Assembly: GCA_000934665.2 (NCBI GenBank)
Contig: KZ538276.1
Location: 1-64,000 of the forward strand
Source of the DNA: Catajapyx aquilonaris
Lineage: Eukaryota
DNA length: 64,000 nucleotides
Reading direction: 5' to 3'
Each line of letters starts with the position of its first letter. Within the stretch, counting starts at the first letter, position 1. This document shows positions 24,717 to 37,800 of the stretch, one piece after another. Under the pieces are notes generated by a model, which saw only the letters and a list, made by a program, of their open reading frames with translations, did no database searches and was not told the DNA's origin. The position numbers and the translations under genes were made by a program.

Positions 24717-25039
24717 CATGGTGTTTCAACTTTTTGTCCGAACAGTTATCGGAAAATTGCGCGTAGCTGCTACTTTGTAAGCAGTGACTTGCAAGCGGTG
24801 ATTTTTCGGAGGAACGGGGAATATTCCCTGCGAAGCGTAGGTTGAAGTGACATACATGGTCCCTGCTGAAAATTGAGGGTCGAGCCTGGAAAAAAGAGGG
24901 TCACACATTCCATGGGATGTGTGACCCTCTCTTTCCCTATTCCTCCGACAAATCACCGGTTGCAAATCACTGCTTACAAAGTAGCAGCTACATGCAATTT
25001 TCGGATAACTGATCGGACAAAAAAAGTTGAAATACCATG
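24717..25039. mobile_element. mariner-like MITE with ~105-bp TIRs and an internal hairpin
   Basis: TA|CATGGTGTTTCAACTTTTTGTCCGA ... TCGGACAAAAAAAGTTGAAATACCATG|TA; internal hairpin agagggtcacacattcc/gggatgtgtgaccctct at ~24895-24932. Confidence 0.88.
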
Positions 25040-25960
25040 TATTTGTAACAAATAATAATGCACAATATTTAACAATAAACAAATGTGGCAACTACATAAT
25101 AAATAATATATAAAACGAAAAAAACAATATTAATAAAATAATATAAACAAAACAAATATTTAAAGATAAAACAAAATACATAAAATATTTAAATGGACAG
25201 AAAATAAACATTTTAAATAAAATAAAATAATAACACTCATCATCATCATCATTATCATCTTCACGGCGTTTCCCAAACAGATATGGGGTTGCCAGTAGAT
25301 ATTGAGGAGGTCCTTAATATCAACACTAATAAAATAACAATAACAACAACAACAACAACAACACTGATAAATAAAATATTACAACAAATTGATATTAGCG
25401 ATAAATAGTAATATTATTAATTAATATCTCTCAGCTACAACTGGCTCGAGTTTCAGAAAATGCAAAATTGTAACAGCTGTAATTAATCAATTTATAACAG
25501 ATAATTTCAAAAGGTTCTTTGCCTACCCGCATACCCTTCGCACTGAAGTGTCATGGCGTCCTCCCCACATTCCTATCCTATCGATTGTTGATGGTCCAAA
25601 TTAGTGAAATGCACCAGTCGAAAGTGAGATGGTACATGGCCAGAGAGTGACAGAGATCTGGCAATACTGTCGGCTGTCTGCACCCCCCCTCTCTCTCTCC
25701 CTCTCCCTCCTCCTCCTCCTCCTCCTTTCCCCTTAAAAAAAGGAGCCGGTCCCTTGACACGAGCCACAAATGCCGGCTGCGAAAAGGGGGGGGCCTGTGT
25801 GTAAGTAGCCTGACATGGCCGGTGACACGTAACAGCCCGACTCCTAATCGATCAAGTTGACTTGAGGTTATGATATTTCTTGCCATGGTCAAAATTGCGC
25901 CTAGGTTAAGCAGGAGATCAAACATTTTCAAGGGGGGTTGAAAACGACTCTAGCAACCTT

Positions 25961-26358
25961 TGAGACCCCTGGTACAGTATACTGTACCTTTGGTTTTTCC
26001 AGCGTCCACCACGATCTCACGACTTTGTACGGCGGAGTGGACAAGGCTTGGCTCCCAACCACTATCTCACAGGTTTTTCCAAATTCCAGCGAACTGAACG
26101 CGTATTGTTCCTCGTGCCCGTGAACCAAGTCCGGCCAAGTCATCTCACTTAGCTTATAGCCTCGAAGAAAGGCTTGGCGCCCCACCACGATCTCACGACT
26201 TTGTACGGCGGAGTGGACAAGGCTTGGCTCCCAAACACTATTTCACAGGTTTTTTCGGCGGAAGACTTGGCGCGTTTTATACGAGTGCGTTTTTGAGGGG
26301 ACTCAAACGCGTTTAAAACCAAAAAACAAAGGTACAGTATACTGTACTCCGGGTCTCA
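25961..26358. mobile_element. Longer family T1 copy, opposite orientation, terminal bases missing, with an internal ~73-bp direct repeat
   Basis: tgagacccctggtacagtatactgtac ... gtacagtatactgtactccgggtctca; repeat ccaccacgatctcacgactttgtacggcggagtggacaaggcttggctccc at 26006 and 26182. Confidence 0.85.
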
Positions 26359-26834
26359 TTTTCTATTTGTTCCATCTCAAAAGTCGTGCCACGGAGGAAA
26401 ACACGTCCGTAGCTTAGCTTAAGCATTGAACTAGTGGCGCACCGTAATTAACATTGGCAATCTCAGCTCATTACTGGCTAATCTCACCAGGAGTAGAGAG
26501 CCAGTGTGCTTAGTCTATGCCAATTACGCTAGATGGGTTCGCTGCTTTTCAAGGAGATTACGGACAGAAATGCCGATATTGAACGAAAAGAAGCATCAGG
26601 ATTTTTTTTCTTCTGTCCCACTCCGCCTCTTGCTTTTTCTTCTGTTTCTTCCTATGGGAATTTGCTCAGTTTGGGCTCAATTTATCTGCTGCCTTCCTTT
26701 CCTCCTTTTGGAGAGACTTGCTTAAGGGAGGTCGCCTTAGTGATGGTCACAATCGAGCATCGGCTCAGGGTCTGGACACAATGCGCGGTTTGTGTATAGC
26801 AAGAAGCTGTGGTTCATTGGGAAGAAAGGGGGGA

Positions 26835-27800
26835 GAGATGGTATCGATTTTAAGGCAGGTATTGTCAAATGGAGAGTGTCATTTCATATACTGGGGGGGA
26901 TTATATTGTGGTCGAGGGATGGTATCGATTTTTGGCATCGGACAACGATATACGAGTATAGCATGATAGTATCGATATAACAAATATTAAGAGAACAGTC
27001 GCATTCACTGACATACTGATAATAGTGAGCAGTGTCTAATAGAGGAATGACTATTGGCATCTTTTGGTCCAAAATATCGATGATCGATTGTATCGCGATT
27101 ATTGACGATTGGAATATATGCAACAAGATGATATCGATACATCTGTCATTCATCGACATGCTGATAATAGTGAGATACAGCGAGTAGAGAAATGGCTCGT
27201 AGCATCTCTTGTTTGAAATTCTTTATCGCCCAAATATATCGATTGGCGATTGTATCGATGTTTTATATGTGTAAAATATGGGACGATATTACAAAGGTAA
27301 TGAGAATAATTGATGTAAGTTATATCATCCAAAAACATTCATGAGCGATGGTATCAATGTTTGTACGAGTTACAACAAGGTAATATCGATATTACACACA
27401 TTATGAAAAGAAAGGAATTGATGTTCATAACCCAAAAATATCGATGAGCGATGGTATCAATTTACGACTTTTAGACAATCCCTACTAGCACGAAACGCCC
27501 TGCGACATCCTATGGATATCTACAGATCCTCTGACTCTCCACTTGATATTTCGATATCCATAGGATGTCACTGTGCTACTTGGGATGTAAAACAAGATGG
27601 TATCGATACCACGGAGCTTATGAAAACAATAGTAGGGCCTATTGATTCCTGCTATTCATTAACATACCGGTACTGATAATAAGGAGGAGTACCGGTATCG
27701 AATGGAAGAATGGCTATTGGCAGCTTGTGTATCTAAAATTGTTTATCGCCCAAAATTATTGATGAAGCGATCAATAGCGATCATATCTGTTCTTATAAGA
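26835..27800. repeat. Diverged ATCGAT-rich repeat region
   Basis: Recurring gatggtatcgat / aaaatatcgatga / actgataatagtgag motifs. Confidence 0.55.
27480..27584. mobile_element. EnSpm/CMC-type MITE (CCC-end)
   Basis: AT|CCCTACTAGCAC...gacatcctatggatatc ... gatatccataggatgtc...GTGCTACTTGGG|AT; 2-bp TSD. Confidence 0.7.
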
Positions 27801-28119
27801 ACGACGGTATTGGCTCCGTTCATCCGCAGGAAGATGTGATAATTAGCCAATAATGTTCCGGTCGATTTTAATTGGAATGATAGTATCAGTGTCATCAACT
27901 GAAAGTGCAGATGGATTTTAATGATATTTACTAATATACGGTAATGGTGATATTCATGCGTAAAATTCATGACCATCAGAATATGATTTGCAAGGTGATA
28001 TTAATACTTAAATGCATATATTCACATATTATTAAATGCAATTATTATAATTTCCTTGCTTCATACGGCATGCTTATGGTTTGTTCAACATTATGGTGGT
28101 TATAAGTTGTTTTTAAGGT

Positions 28120-28435
28120 TAAACTGCTTATTTTAAGCAGTTATAGTCATTGGCTGCTATCATTTCGAATTAACTTAAAGGTATTAATTGCAATAAATTT
28201 TCGAATGGAAATTGAGCCATTGTAGGAACATCAATGCAGAAATATTAGCAGCTGGTAATTGATATTAGCTGCTACTGATAATTGATATTAGCTGCTAATA
28301 TTTCTGTCATTGATGTTTCTACAATGGCTCTATTCCCAATCGGTAATTTATTGGCAAATAATACCTTTAAGTTAATTCAAAATAATTTCAGCTAAGAATA
28401 ATCCCTAAAAGTAACTGGTTAAAATAAGCAGCTTA
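28120..28435. repeat. ~310-bp fold-back element
   Basis: Nested pairing arms: ctgcttattttaa/ttaaaataagcag, gaattaacttaaaggtatta/taatacctttaagttaattc, gagccattgtag/ctacaatggctc, cagaaatattagcagct/agctgctaatatttctg. Confidence 0.8.
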
Positions 28436-28825
28436 ATGTTCAAAATCGCTATCCGCTTAAATAATTTCTATACAAGTGTACTGGAACGTACTGTACTATA
28501 GGCCTATATATTTTAAAAAAAACTTTTGCTTGTTATTTTTTTCCGTAACTGATATCGAAAGGAAAATCCAGGTCAAACAGTTATATTTTTCAAAAAAAAA
28601 AAAAAAAAATCTCTTCTGAACTCCGAAAAAATCTTTTCCCCGTGATGTGCACTCCCTGGGCGGTTTCTCTCTCAGTCCCCGACCCCCATTTTCTTTATTT
28701 TTTTCTCGCCGACCAGCCACTTTTCTTAGATTTGGAGACGCCCGTTTCCTCCCCCTACCTTCTATGGAACCCCAAGGAATATATCGGCCAACCAATACGA
28801 CTTGGGAATAAAAGCAAGAAGGGGA

Positions 28826-28878
28826 GGAAGAAGAAGTAGAAGAAGAAGAAGAAGAAGAAGAAGAAGAAGAAGAAGAAG
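28826..28878 (+). repeat. (GAA)n microsatellite
   Basis: Direct reading. Confidence 0.95.
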
Positions 28879-29517
28879 GAGCGTGGAAAAGAAGAAGAAA
28901 AATAAAAGGAGGGGTTGAAAACAAATCGCTTCGCTTCTGTCTGGGAGCCGAATCCAAGAGAAAAACCGTCTCCTTTTATTTCTTCTACTGTTTTCTTTCA
29001 TTGCTTTCATTGTATTTCTTCCCACCTGCGAAACCCTAGGCTTGCGCTTCATTCTGGTTGGAGCAATCTTCTCCATTAGGGATCTGGCAGTAATGGCACC
29101 TAAATAGTTCGCGGGTACCACTGATACTATCGACTTGCAAAATGCGGCGCATCTGGTTTTGCCCCGCCGTCGTGACAATTAGATTTCAAAAGAGTGTATA
29201 GCAACCAGCTCAGTACTATAGTGGGAAATGAATATTTAATGGTGATATTGAACATTAATTCACGTTCATACTATCGTCAGGGAGTAGGTTATTGCAAAGT
29301 ACCACATATTTAACTATTTATTTCTCCATTACGGTCCGTTATTTAATAGACAGTGTATCCCCCCGCATGGAATATGACCAACACTGTACCAACACTGATG
29401 CTAAATAAGTAATTTAATATACATACTAAATAATACTGTCGATATGGTCATTAATTTATTTTGAATTATGTTTACATTCGAAGATTAGAAACAACTATTA
29501 GCAATAATTTTAATTGG

Positions 29518-29840
29518 ATTTAGATCTAGTATAGTGAATTCTGGGCAAGCCTGTAAATTAATGATGTTTAGTTTCATTAAAATAATAAATTGTGACGGTC
29601 ATATAAATAATTATTATATGGAGAGTTACATGTACAATAACATTAAGGGTTAATACTATTGCTAACAAGTAGCTATAGTATTAGCCCATTAGCCCTAAAA
29701 GAGAATATATGATAGGGTGTAACTTGAAAGTATGTGTAACTCTCCATGTATTTATATATACACTGTATTATTTTAATGAAACTAAACATTATTCGTCCAC
29801 TCTCTTGCCCAGAATTCACAATTACTTACTAGATCTAAAT
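29518..29840. repeat. ~320-bp fold-back element / MITE
   Basis: atttagatctagt..gtgaattctgggcaag / cttgcccagaattcac..actagatctaaat; tttagtttcattaaaataata / tattattttaatgaaactaaa; atggagagttaca / tgtaactctccat. Confidence 0.8.
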
Positions 29841-29974
29841 TCTATGAAAACTGGATATTTTTATTTTTATCGATATTATCTACTTGCATTTTATACACAT
29901 TCTCAATAAACACATTCTCAATATGTCAATAAAGAGGCAAAAAATTGATTATACTATCAGTTAGTGTAGTGATG

Positions 29975-30890
29975 TTTTGTCGATATTATCGTATATCAGT
30001 TTATAACATTGACTATCACCAGACGATCCCCAATAGCCAATTCGATACTCTATCCAAGAATAGCTTCATTTTTTGCCACATAAGACCGAGTTTAAAGTCC
30101 ATCTGAAATTATTTTCAAAATACAAAATTTTGATATCAAATCTAAATAACTTTCTCTTTATCGATATTATCAACATGCATGTCTCGCCATTTTTTCATCA
30201 AAATAATAGTCAAAAAACTGTTTCTATTATGAGAAAGTATTTCGATTTTTTTGTCCATACTATCACCTGTCAGCTGTACCATCAGACGATCCCAAGTAGT
30301 CGAATCGATATCATATCCACGAATCGCTTTCCTTTAGCCACTAAAACCCCAGTTTTAGCCCACCCGAAATGATTTCCTAAATGAAAATTATTATATCCAA
30401 CCAATTATTTTTGCTTTATCGATACTATCAACATGCATGTCTCGCCATTTTTTCATCAAAATAATAGAGTCAAAAACTGTTTCTATTATGAGAAAGTATT
30501 GCGATTTTTTTTGTCCACGCTATCACCTGCCAGCTGATACCGTCAACTATCATCCGACGATCCCCAGTAGTCGAATCGATACCACATCCCCGAACAGCTT
30601 CCCTTTAGCCACTAAAACCCCAGTTTTTAGCCCACCCGAAATGATTTCCTAAATGAAAATTATTATATCCAACCTATTATTTTTGCTTTATCGATATTAT
30701 CCACATGCATTTGTCTCGCCATTCTTTATCAGATCTGTTTATACTGTTACATAAGACTAGTACTGTTATGTTCATATTGATACTACCACCCGTCAACTGA
30801 TACTATCGACTATCATCAGACGATCCCCAATAGTCGAATCGATACCACATCAACGAACAGCTTCCCTCAGGCCACTAAAAACCTCCAAAT
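29975..30890 (+). repeat. ~260-270-bp tandem repeat, ~3.5 copies
   Basis: tttatcgata.tatc.acatgcat..gtctcgccatt recurs at ~30156, 30415 and 30687; gacgatccc...tagtcgaatcgata recurs. Confidence 0.85.
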
Positions 30891-31990
30891 TGGAGAGATC
30901 CCGCCCGAAAATGGTCGATTTCAATTTTGGCAAACACACTACAGTGAGATGGTTCCTACCTGTCCTCTGACCCTCCCCAGCCAACAATCTCCTGGCCTGG
31001 AAGTGTCATGAATCAATTAGCCAACCAATCGACACTGCTTTTTGTGGTGTCAGAAATGAGCGGAATGACCCGTGGCCAGGTCAAAAAAGAGAGAGGGGGA
31101 GGAGAGGGGGGGGCGACATCCCCATGCCTAACATTCCCCCCTAGAGCCTAGAGAGAGGAATGGAACGAATGGAAAAGTGGAGAGAAGCGTCACTTGGACG
31201 TCCAATCAGATTTGGCGGCCGTAAAATGAGTCCAATTTCCGTCCTAATAAAGCTGTCGCCTCCTGGTCCAATAAATGGCCTCGTCGTTAACTTGTGGGGA
31301 TGACTTCTTCTTCTTCTTCTTCTTCTTTTTTGGTGGGGGTGGTAGAAGGAAACCAGTAGAGAGAAGGATCATCTCGTCCTGCAGGCTTCATGAAGCTGGC
31401 GTGAAAACTGCAGGAGCGGAATTTCATCACACTTTACTTTTACACGATGTGCAATCTTGGCTCCACCTCGACCTGGCTCGTTTATAAAGCCCTAGGATTT
31501 CATAGGTGTAAGATTTAATTCTGGGGGCGGAAAGGACTTGTTTCAAGTCAGGTCCAATGCCATGGATGGGCCGGCTCCAGACTTATGGGAGAGAGAGACG
31601 AGGGAGCATTCGGGTGGCTGTTCGTGGCGTGGTCTGAACTGGGACGATCCCAATAGTTCATCACTCACAATACGAGATGAAACAGATTCATGGTAAAATT
31701 TTTGCTCAAATGTACAATATCATCCAGTTACAGTAGATAAGGGTTAGGGTTAGGCTCTAGGTTGTATCGTTGTAAAAGTACATGTCTGGGGTGAGTCATC
31801 AGCCAGGTAGTACCACTACTTCTCACATAAGTGTCACATCCTTTCTCAGCACCCTTACTGCCACTTCTAGGGTCGTGCGAGGGTGGTATGAATCTGGCAG
31901 AATTGAGACGATGACTCACCCTGGACAAGCAAACAGACCAACAGACATAGCCGATTAGTAGTATGAACAGCCAAACTTTTCTAAGAAAAC

Positions 31991-32086
31991 ATTATCCCAC
32001 CAAAAACCTTTCTGTAAAAAAAGGCCAAGTTCTCCTGACTGCTTGGCCGTCAAAAGTGGTGAGATCTGAAATACGGCCAAGTTCAA
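31991..32086 (+). repeat. ~96-bp dispersed direct repeat (second copy 33960-34057)
   Basis: attatcccaccaaaaacctttctgtaaaaaaaggccaagttctcctga...aaatacggccaagttcaa is near-identical at both sites. Confidence 0.9.
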
Positions 32087-32141
32087 TAATTTGAATTATT
32101 AGGAATTGATTGCTGTATTGCACGTTGCTCAATATTACTGA

Positions 32142-32630
32142 TATAGTATGACCAGTGACGTAGCCAGGATTCCAGTTCGGGGGAGGGCGCAATCGGGAGG
32201 GGTATAAACCGATAAGTGCGGGAAGGAGGCCCGCCGCATGCGAAATTTTTTGGGGCTCAAGGTCACACGAGCTTAGGTGAATGTGGGAGATTTGATTGCG
32301 TGTGTATTTGATGAAATTGGTAGCACTTTTCCCCTCAAAAATCATAAATTAGTAATTTGAAAACATGATTTTTTTAAAAATAAATCCACAAGAGTTCCCC
32401 CCCCCCCCGGCTACGTCACTGAGTATGACCATTTTCAGAAAGGGACGTGATGTATGATGACGTTTCATAGAAACACCAATCAGAGGCGAAAGAAATGGGC
32501 TACTTGAAGCTCATTGGGTAGCTATAAGTGTCCCATGTCTAAAATTGGTCAAACTATAGTTATATAACTATAGTTTGACCATTTTTAGAAAGGGGACACT
32601 TAGCCACCCAATGAGCTTCAAGTAGCCTAT
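32142..32630. mobile_element. Host MITE (TIR tatagt.tgacca.ttt.aga...gggac; ~32142-32559), interrupted by the hAT MITE and followed by an inverted duplication of its right end
   Basis: Palindrome 32495-32630 centred on actatagttatataactatagt; the left TIR is split by the hAT insertion. Confidence 0.65.
32153..32421. mobile_element. hAT-type MITE
   Basis: 8-bp TSD agtatgac (32145-32152 and 32422-32429); TIR CAGTGACGTAGCC / GGCTACGTCACTG. Confidence 0.92.
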
Positions 32631-33610
32631 AACAGTACTGTCACATATATGGTACAGTCAAATGATGAAAATTTCAAAAAATATCTTCGTAATATCACTC
32701 ATGTCCAGTTGAAATTTATTTAAAAAAATCAAGTATCTGGCACAAAGAGTTCGTTATTTGAGTTAGCCCCACATTGTACTCGATCAAACTCAATCCGAGC
32801 TCCCAGACTATATTTGATCAAATTTTTTTGAGCAAACACTGACATCCAAATCAAATACGCAATCAGTTCTTACGAGCCCCTCAGTCCCACAACCTCTAGA
32901 CCCTAAAGGTCATTAGGGGTCACAAACCTGACCAATTTGAAAATGACCTCATATCTGAGGCCTCCAATGGACGCATTGTGGTTGGACCCACCCAAAAAAA
33001 ACCTAACTTGGCAAAGGACTGAGGGTTTTAAAAAAAGGTGCCCAATTCTAATGGATCTAACTCCCTGTAATAGCGTTGAGGGGATGGGGGCTGGGGGAAG
33101 GCGGGGAAAGAGTGGGGGGGGACTAACTGCTCCCTTTTATTTCCTTCCCATCGCCATTACTTTCCAAACTTTTCTTGCCCAGGGCCAAAAATCCCTAGGG
33201 TCTGATCCAAACGCCCTTGTCTAAGGGTTTCTACCCACATTTTCAAGCCGACGGGTCTCTCAAACACTCCCTGGGTCGGCTTGGGGAAGGATGGTGGGAG
33301 GGAAGGAAGGAGGGAGGAGAAGGGGGGAGAAAAAAAATGGAAGTCTATAAAAGTGAAGCTTCCGGAAAAATTTGAGCTGGAAATGCTGGGGAGAATTTTC
33401 TTGAGAAGAAAAATCTGGTAGTATGGCCTAGTCGATAAAAGTCTATAAAAATGGTGGGGGGTCCTTTTAGAGCTGGCCAAAAAAGTGAAAGTCAAGCTGT
33501 GTCGTACATGATCATTTTTGGCAAATAAATATATGCACGTGGTCATCAAACATGATGTCATAATGCAGTTGGTCAAAATTTTGTCAAGAAAATGTATGCA
33601 TTATATTGTC

Positions 33611-33942
33611 AAGAGGCGCAAACTTCTGTCGGCGCCTTTGATGTTCGCGTCTCTCTGTTTGGGGCCGTTGCCAAGGCTGGCGGCCATTTTGAAGTGTGTG
33701 GAACGCCAACGAGGTATAAATCGGGTACAGGCAGAAACTTTGATGGTTTTGGAGGCCATAGCAACTACATGGCAAGAACACGCGTGAATCAAAGATGGCG
33801 GACCCTATTTTTTGCCTGTACCCTATTTATACCTCGTTGGCGTTCCCCACACTTCAAAATGGCCGCCAGCCTTGGCAACGCCCCCAAACAGAGAGAGGCG
33901 GAAATCGAATGTTTGCGCCTCTTATGTAGTATATGCTCCCTG
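33611..33942. mobile_element. P-like MITE (family P1), left end truncated
   Basis: Same long arms (gttgccaaggctggcggccat...gaggtataaat.gggtacaggca) and right end gtagtatatgctccctg. Confidence 0.85.
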
Positions 33943-35459
33943 GTAAGGTGTTAGTCAATATTATCCCACCAAAAACCTTTCTGTAAAAAAAGGCCAAGTT
34001 CTCCTGAATGCTTGGCCGTCAAAAGTGGTGAGAGATCTGAAATACGGCCAAGTTCAACGTCGCATATTATATTGCCAAAAAATACAATAACATTGTGCAA
34101 TAATTCTTCCAAATAAATACAATAATTGTGCAATAATATTTTTGCCAAATAAATGCAATAAGGCTGCCACATAGATATATGCAGTTGTGGACAATAAAAT
34201 ATGCTACATTGGTCAATAATGTCAGGTAAATATGTGCAACTGGTAAACGTACCTGCAGAGTATGTGAATAAAATTTTTGTCACATGCATGCCGAGTTGGT
34301 AAATAATTCGGGCTAATATGAGGCCATTAAAAAATCACTGGGCTGCAAAATATGAAATGAGGCTTGTGCAATTTTTACGCCATGATTTCAGCATTGTTTC
34401 AGCAGGCTGCAGTAAACAATTTGGATCCATATATAATTCAAGGTTTGGATTGCGCGCGTGTAAGTACACCGTAATAAAAAAAAAGCTGGGCTGGCACTCG
34501 GGAACTTCTAGTCCCCAAAAAAAGCGATGGTGAGAGGCAAGTGCAAATATTTAATGAGCACCGTCAGCAAACAAATAATTTATATACTTTTCGGCCCCAA
34601 AAAATGACGAAGTGCTCAGCAGACCACAGAAGAAGAAGAAAAAAAAAGAGTTGGTGTTACTAAAGCTTAAGATCACTAAGTGCATGAAACATTTAAGAGC
34701 CTGTTGAGTGCAGGGTCTAAAGTGCAACACATACCAGGTCATTCTTGACAAGTGCGCACAAAAAAAAATGTTTTATTATTTAAAATGGCAAATAACTGCG
34801 ATGTACCTGTCTTCAGACTATAGTTTTGTAGTTGAGTGTGGCTAGCCAGTAGTCATAGTTGTAACTGAAACTGCGTGTTGTCAAATTGTTCGTAAAAAAT
34901 TAATTAGTTTTTAGTCAGGAAACTGGCACTGAAAATTACACAGTGCCCAGTTTTGCGGAGTAATTTTCGTGAAGGATAACATTGGAATATACTCGTAACA
35001 TGTAGCAATGCCAAAATTTTGAATAGTAAGTAGCTAAAAGTAGCACGTTTTTTTTAAACTAAATAGTCATCTGGAAATTAACCTTTTTGCCTGACTGATT
35101 ACTTCAAATATTTTGATAGTTTGTCTCTAAAAATTTCCTATAAAATACAAAATTTTAAAACTTGAAATTATTCTCTCTGGTAATGAGTGGTTTCCGTTAA
35201 ATGCGTCTTTTTAAAATGGTTTGGATCAAGCTGAAACAAAAAAATTACTAATATTTTTGAAATAATTAATAGCTCACTATTCCCAATCGTTCTTGTTATA
35301 ATTACTGTTGCTTAGAGAGCAACATAAATTTTGGATATTGCTTCCATAAAAATTTGCAATTAATAAGTAAGTTAAAAAAAATTGTAATTCCAAGTCAAAA
35401 AATGTTGTTTTTTGTAACTCCAAGTAAATGAAAAATATATTATTTGTTGTCATTCCAAG

Positions 35460-35725
35460 TAGGGCTGTGCAATATTTCGATATATCGACTGTCGATACGA
35501 TATTTTCCTAATATCGAAGTTGCGATATCCGACGCTTGGCATGTTCGATGTATCGAATATCGCAATTTTTCGATATCGGTTCGATGTCGGTTTTCGATAT
35601 TTTTCGATATTTTTTTTGATGTCGGTTTTCGATGTAGATTTTTCGATTTTCGATATATCGACTTCGATCCGATATGTTTTAAGTATCGAAAGTCGATATG
35701 TAATTTTGGATATCGCACAGCCCTA
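35460..35725. mobile_element. hAT-type MITE with TCGA-rich interior, inserted in an AT-rich tandem repeat (~35380-35860)
   Basis: 8-bp TSD attccaag (35452-35459 and 35726-35733); TIR TAGGGCTGTGC / GCACAGCCCTA. Confidence 0.92.
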
Positions 35726-36949
35726 ATTCCAAGTAAATGAAAAATTTATAATTTTTTGTAATTACAAATAAATGAAATATTTATAATTTTTTGTAATTCC
35801 AAGTAAATGAAAAATATATTTTTTGTAATGCCAAGTACGTCAAAAATCATATTTTTTGTAATAAACTAAAAAAAAAACTTTCTGGAATACACTCAAATTA
35901 CTTTACCGTACTCATTATGAGATTAATTAATCGCTCACACCAAACAGTATGACACACCGTTCCAAGTATCCCCATTAAATAATTAGCAACGACATGAGTG
36001 TCAGAATCTTCATCAAAATTAATTCCAAATTTTAAAAATGCATTAGTGGCCATCTAGCCTCCTAACAAAATGCAAGTCTCAGAAATTCCTCCGCATTGCG
36101 ATTCATCCCTAATTCATCCTCATGATTAAATAACATGGTGGCAAAGATGCTTACAAGAAAATAATGAGACTCCTACAAATTTGACCTATTCTCTCTTTGG
36201 ATATTTGCCCCTTCCCTTTTTTTTTTTTTTTAGAAAAAAAAGTGTAAGTCGACCCGGGTCAGCAGGCAGGTAGGCGATCTTCTCCGGAGCATAAAATCCG
36301 GTGGGAAGTGCGGTGAGCTTGTTTGAGCGGCCAGGAATTTTCTTCATTGCGGAGCAAACACAACAAGGCTTAGCCTGAGTGCTGGGAGTGGCTAAAAGGG
36401 GATCAGAGTCCTGGTGGGGTCCAAAAAAGGACCCCCCCCCCCCCAAAAAAAAAAAAAGGTGGGGGGTCGATTTGTGTCGTAACGGAGTTCGCAGCTAAGT
36501 AAATAGGGGATGCTGACAGCAAGAAAAAGCGAGCCTTTTTCGCCAACATTCGATGGAGAGAGAAAAAGGTGGACATTGATCTTTCTGAAGAAAAAAAAAA
36601 AAGGTCAGGATTCTTTTGTCAACTGGATTTTTTGGAGGCTCTGAAGAGAAATCGGGTAATCTTTATATTGGGTTATGATGCGGAGGGGAGAAGGTTGTTT
36701 ATCGATACTCAACCCCTGGAGCTTGACCTTGCCGACTTATAGTAGGGGGGGTCGAAAGTGCGAGTTTGGTCGTAAATAAAATGCGACCTCTGGCTGAGTC
36801 ACACTCGAATTATACAACGGCAGTCTGTATAGTCTAGTGTCATTCGGAAACAATCAAAAAAAATTTAGGACCAAATCATAAAAACGACCCATTCAAAAAA
36901 AATATGTTTAAAAATCCACCCTGTACTTTAAAAAAAAAATTAATATTGG

Positions 36950-37800
36950 AAATCACTCATTTTTAACCAGCTCAAATGGACTAATTTGAAGCTATGTTTG
37001 AGAACACCATGTACAGCTATCAGATTTTTAGTCATTGTTAGTTCCTCGTTTTATCATTAAAAATACAGTAAAATTTTTTGACAAACTAATTCAAGCAAAT
37101 CAAGAAAAAAAATCATGAAAATTTTTGAGCCAGTAAATTGCTCAAATTGATTCACTATATTTGACGCTAGGTTTGAGGACACTTATGTACAGTTGTCAAT
37201 TAATTTGCTCATTAATTATTTTTTTTACAAATTAACAAAAAATAATTCAAGGACATCTGTGTTAATAAAAATATATTAACATTGAAAATCGACCATTTTT
37301 TTGAACCAGTAAATAATTGCTCAAATTCACTCACTAATTTGAAGCTAGGCCTACATTTGATGACAACATGTACAGTTTTAGGCTTTTTAGTCATTATTAG
37401 TTCTTAATAAAAATATTTAAACTTTAACAAAATAATAATTCAGGCACATCTGGGTTAAAATGATATTAAAAATCACTCATTTTCTGAACCAGTAAATTGC
37501 GCAAATTGACTCACTATATTTGAAGCTATGTATGGGGACATATGTCACATGTCATATGACACATGCCATATGACACATGCCACACGACACATGCCATATG
37601 ACACATGTCCGATTTTTAGTCATTATGATTGTTTTCAATAATATTGATAATGAAAATTAATAATATCATGTTACGTATATATTATGCATTATAGTGCATA
37701 CATTAATTAATATTAGTAATATCAATTAGTCGAAAATTTAACTTTGCTCATTTTGGAACCAGTAACGTATTGAAATTGACTCACTACATTTGTAGCTTCG
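36950..37800 (+). repeat. Degenerate ~170-180-bp tandem repeat containing a 14-bp array (atatgacacatgcc) at ~37550-37610
   Basis: ga.ccagtaa..tgctcaaattgactcacta.atttgaagct recurs about 5 times. Confidence 0.75.
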
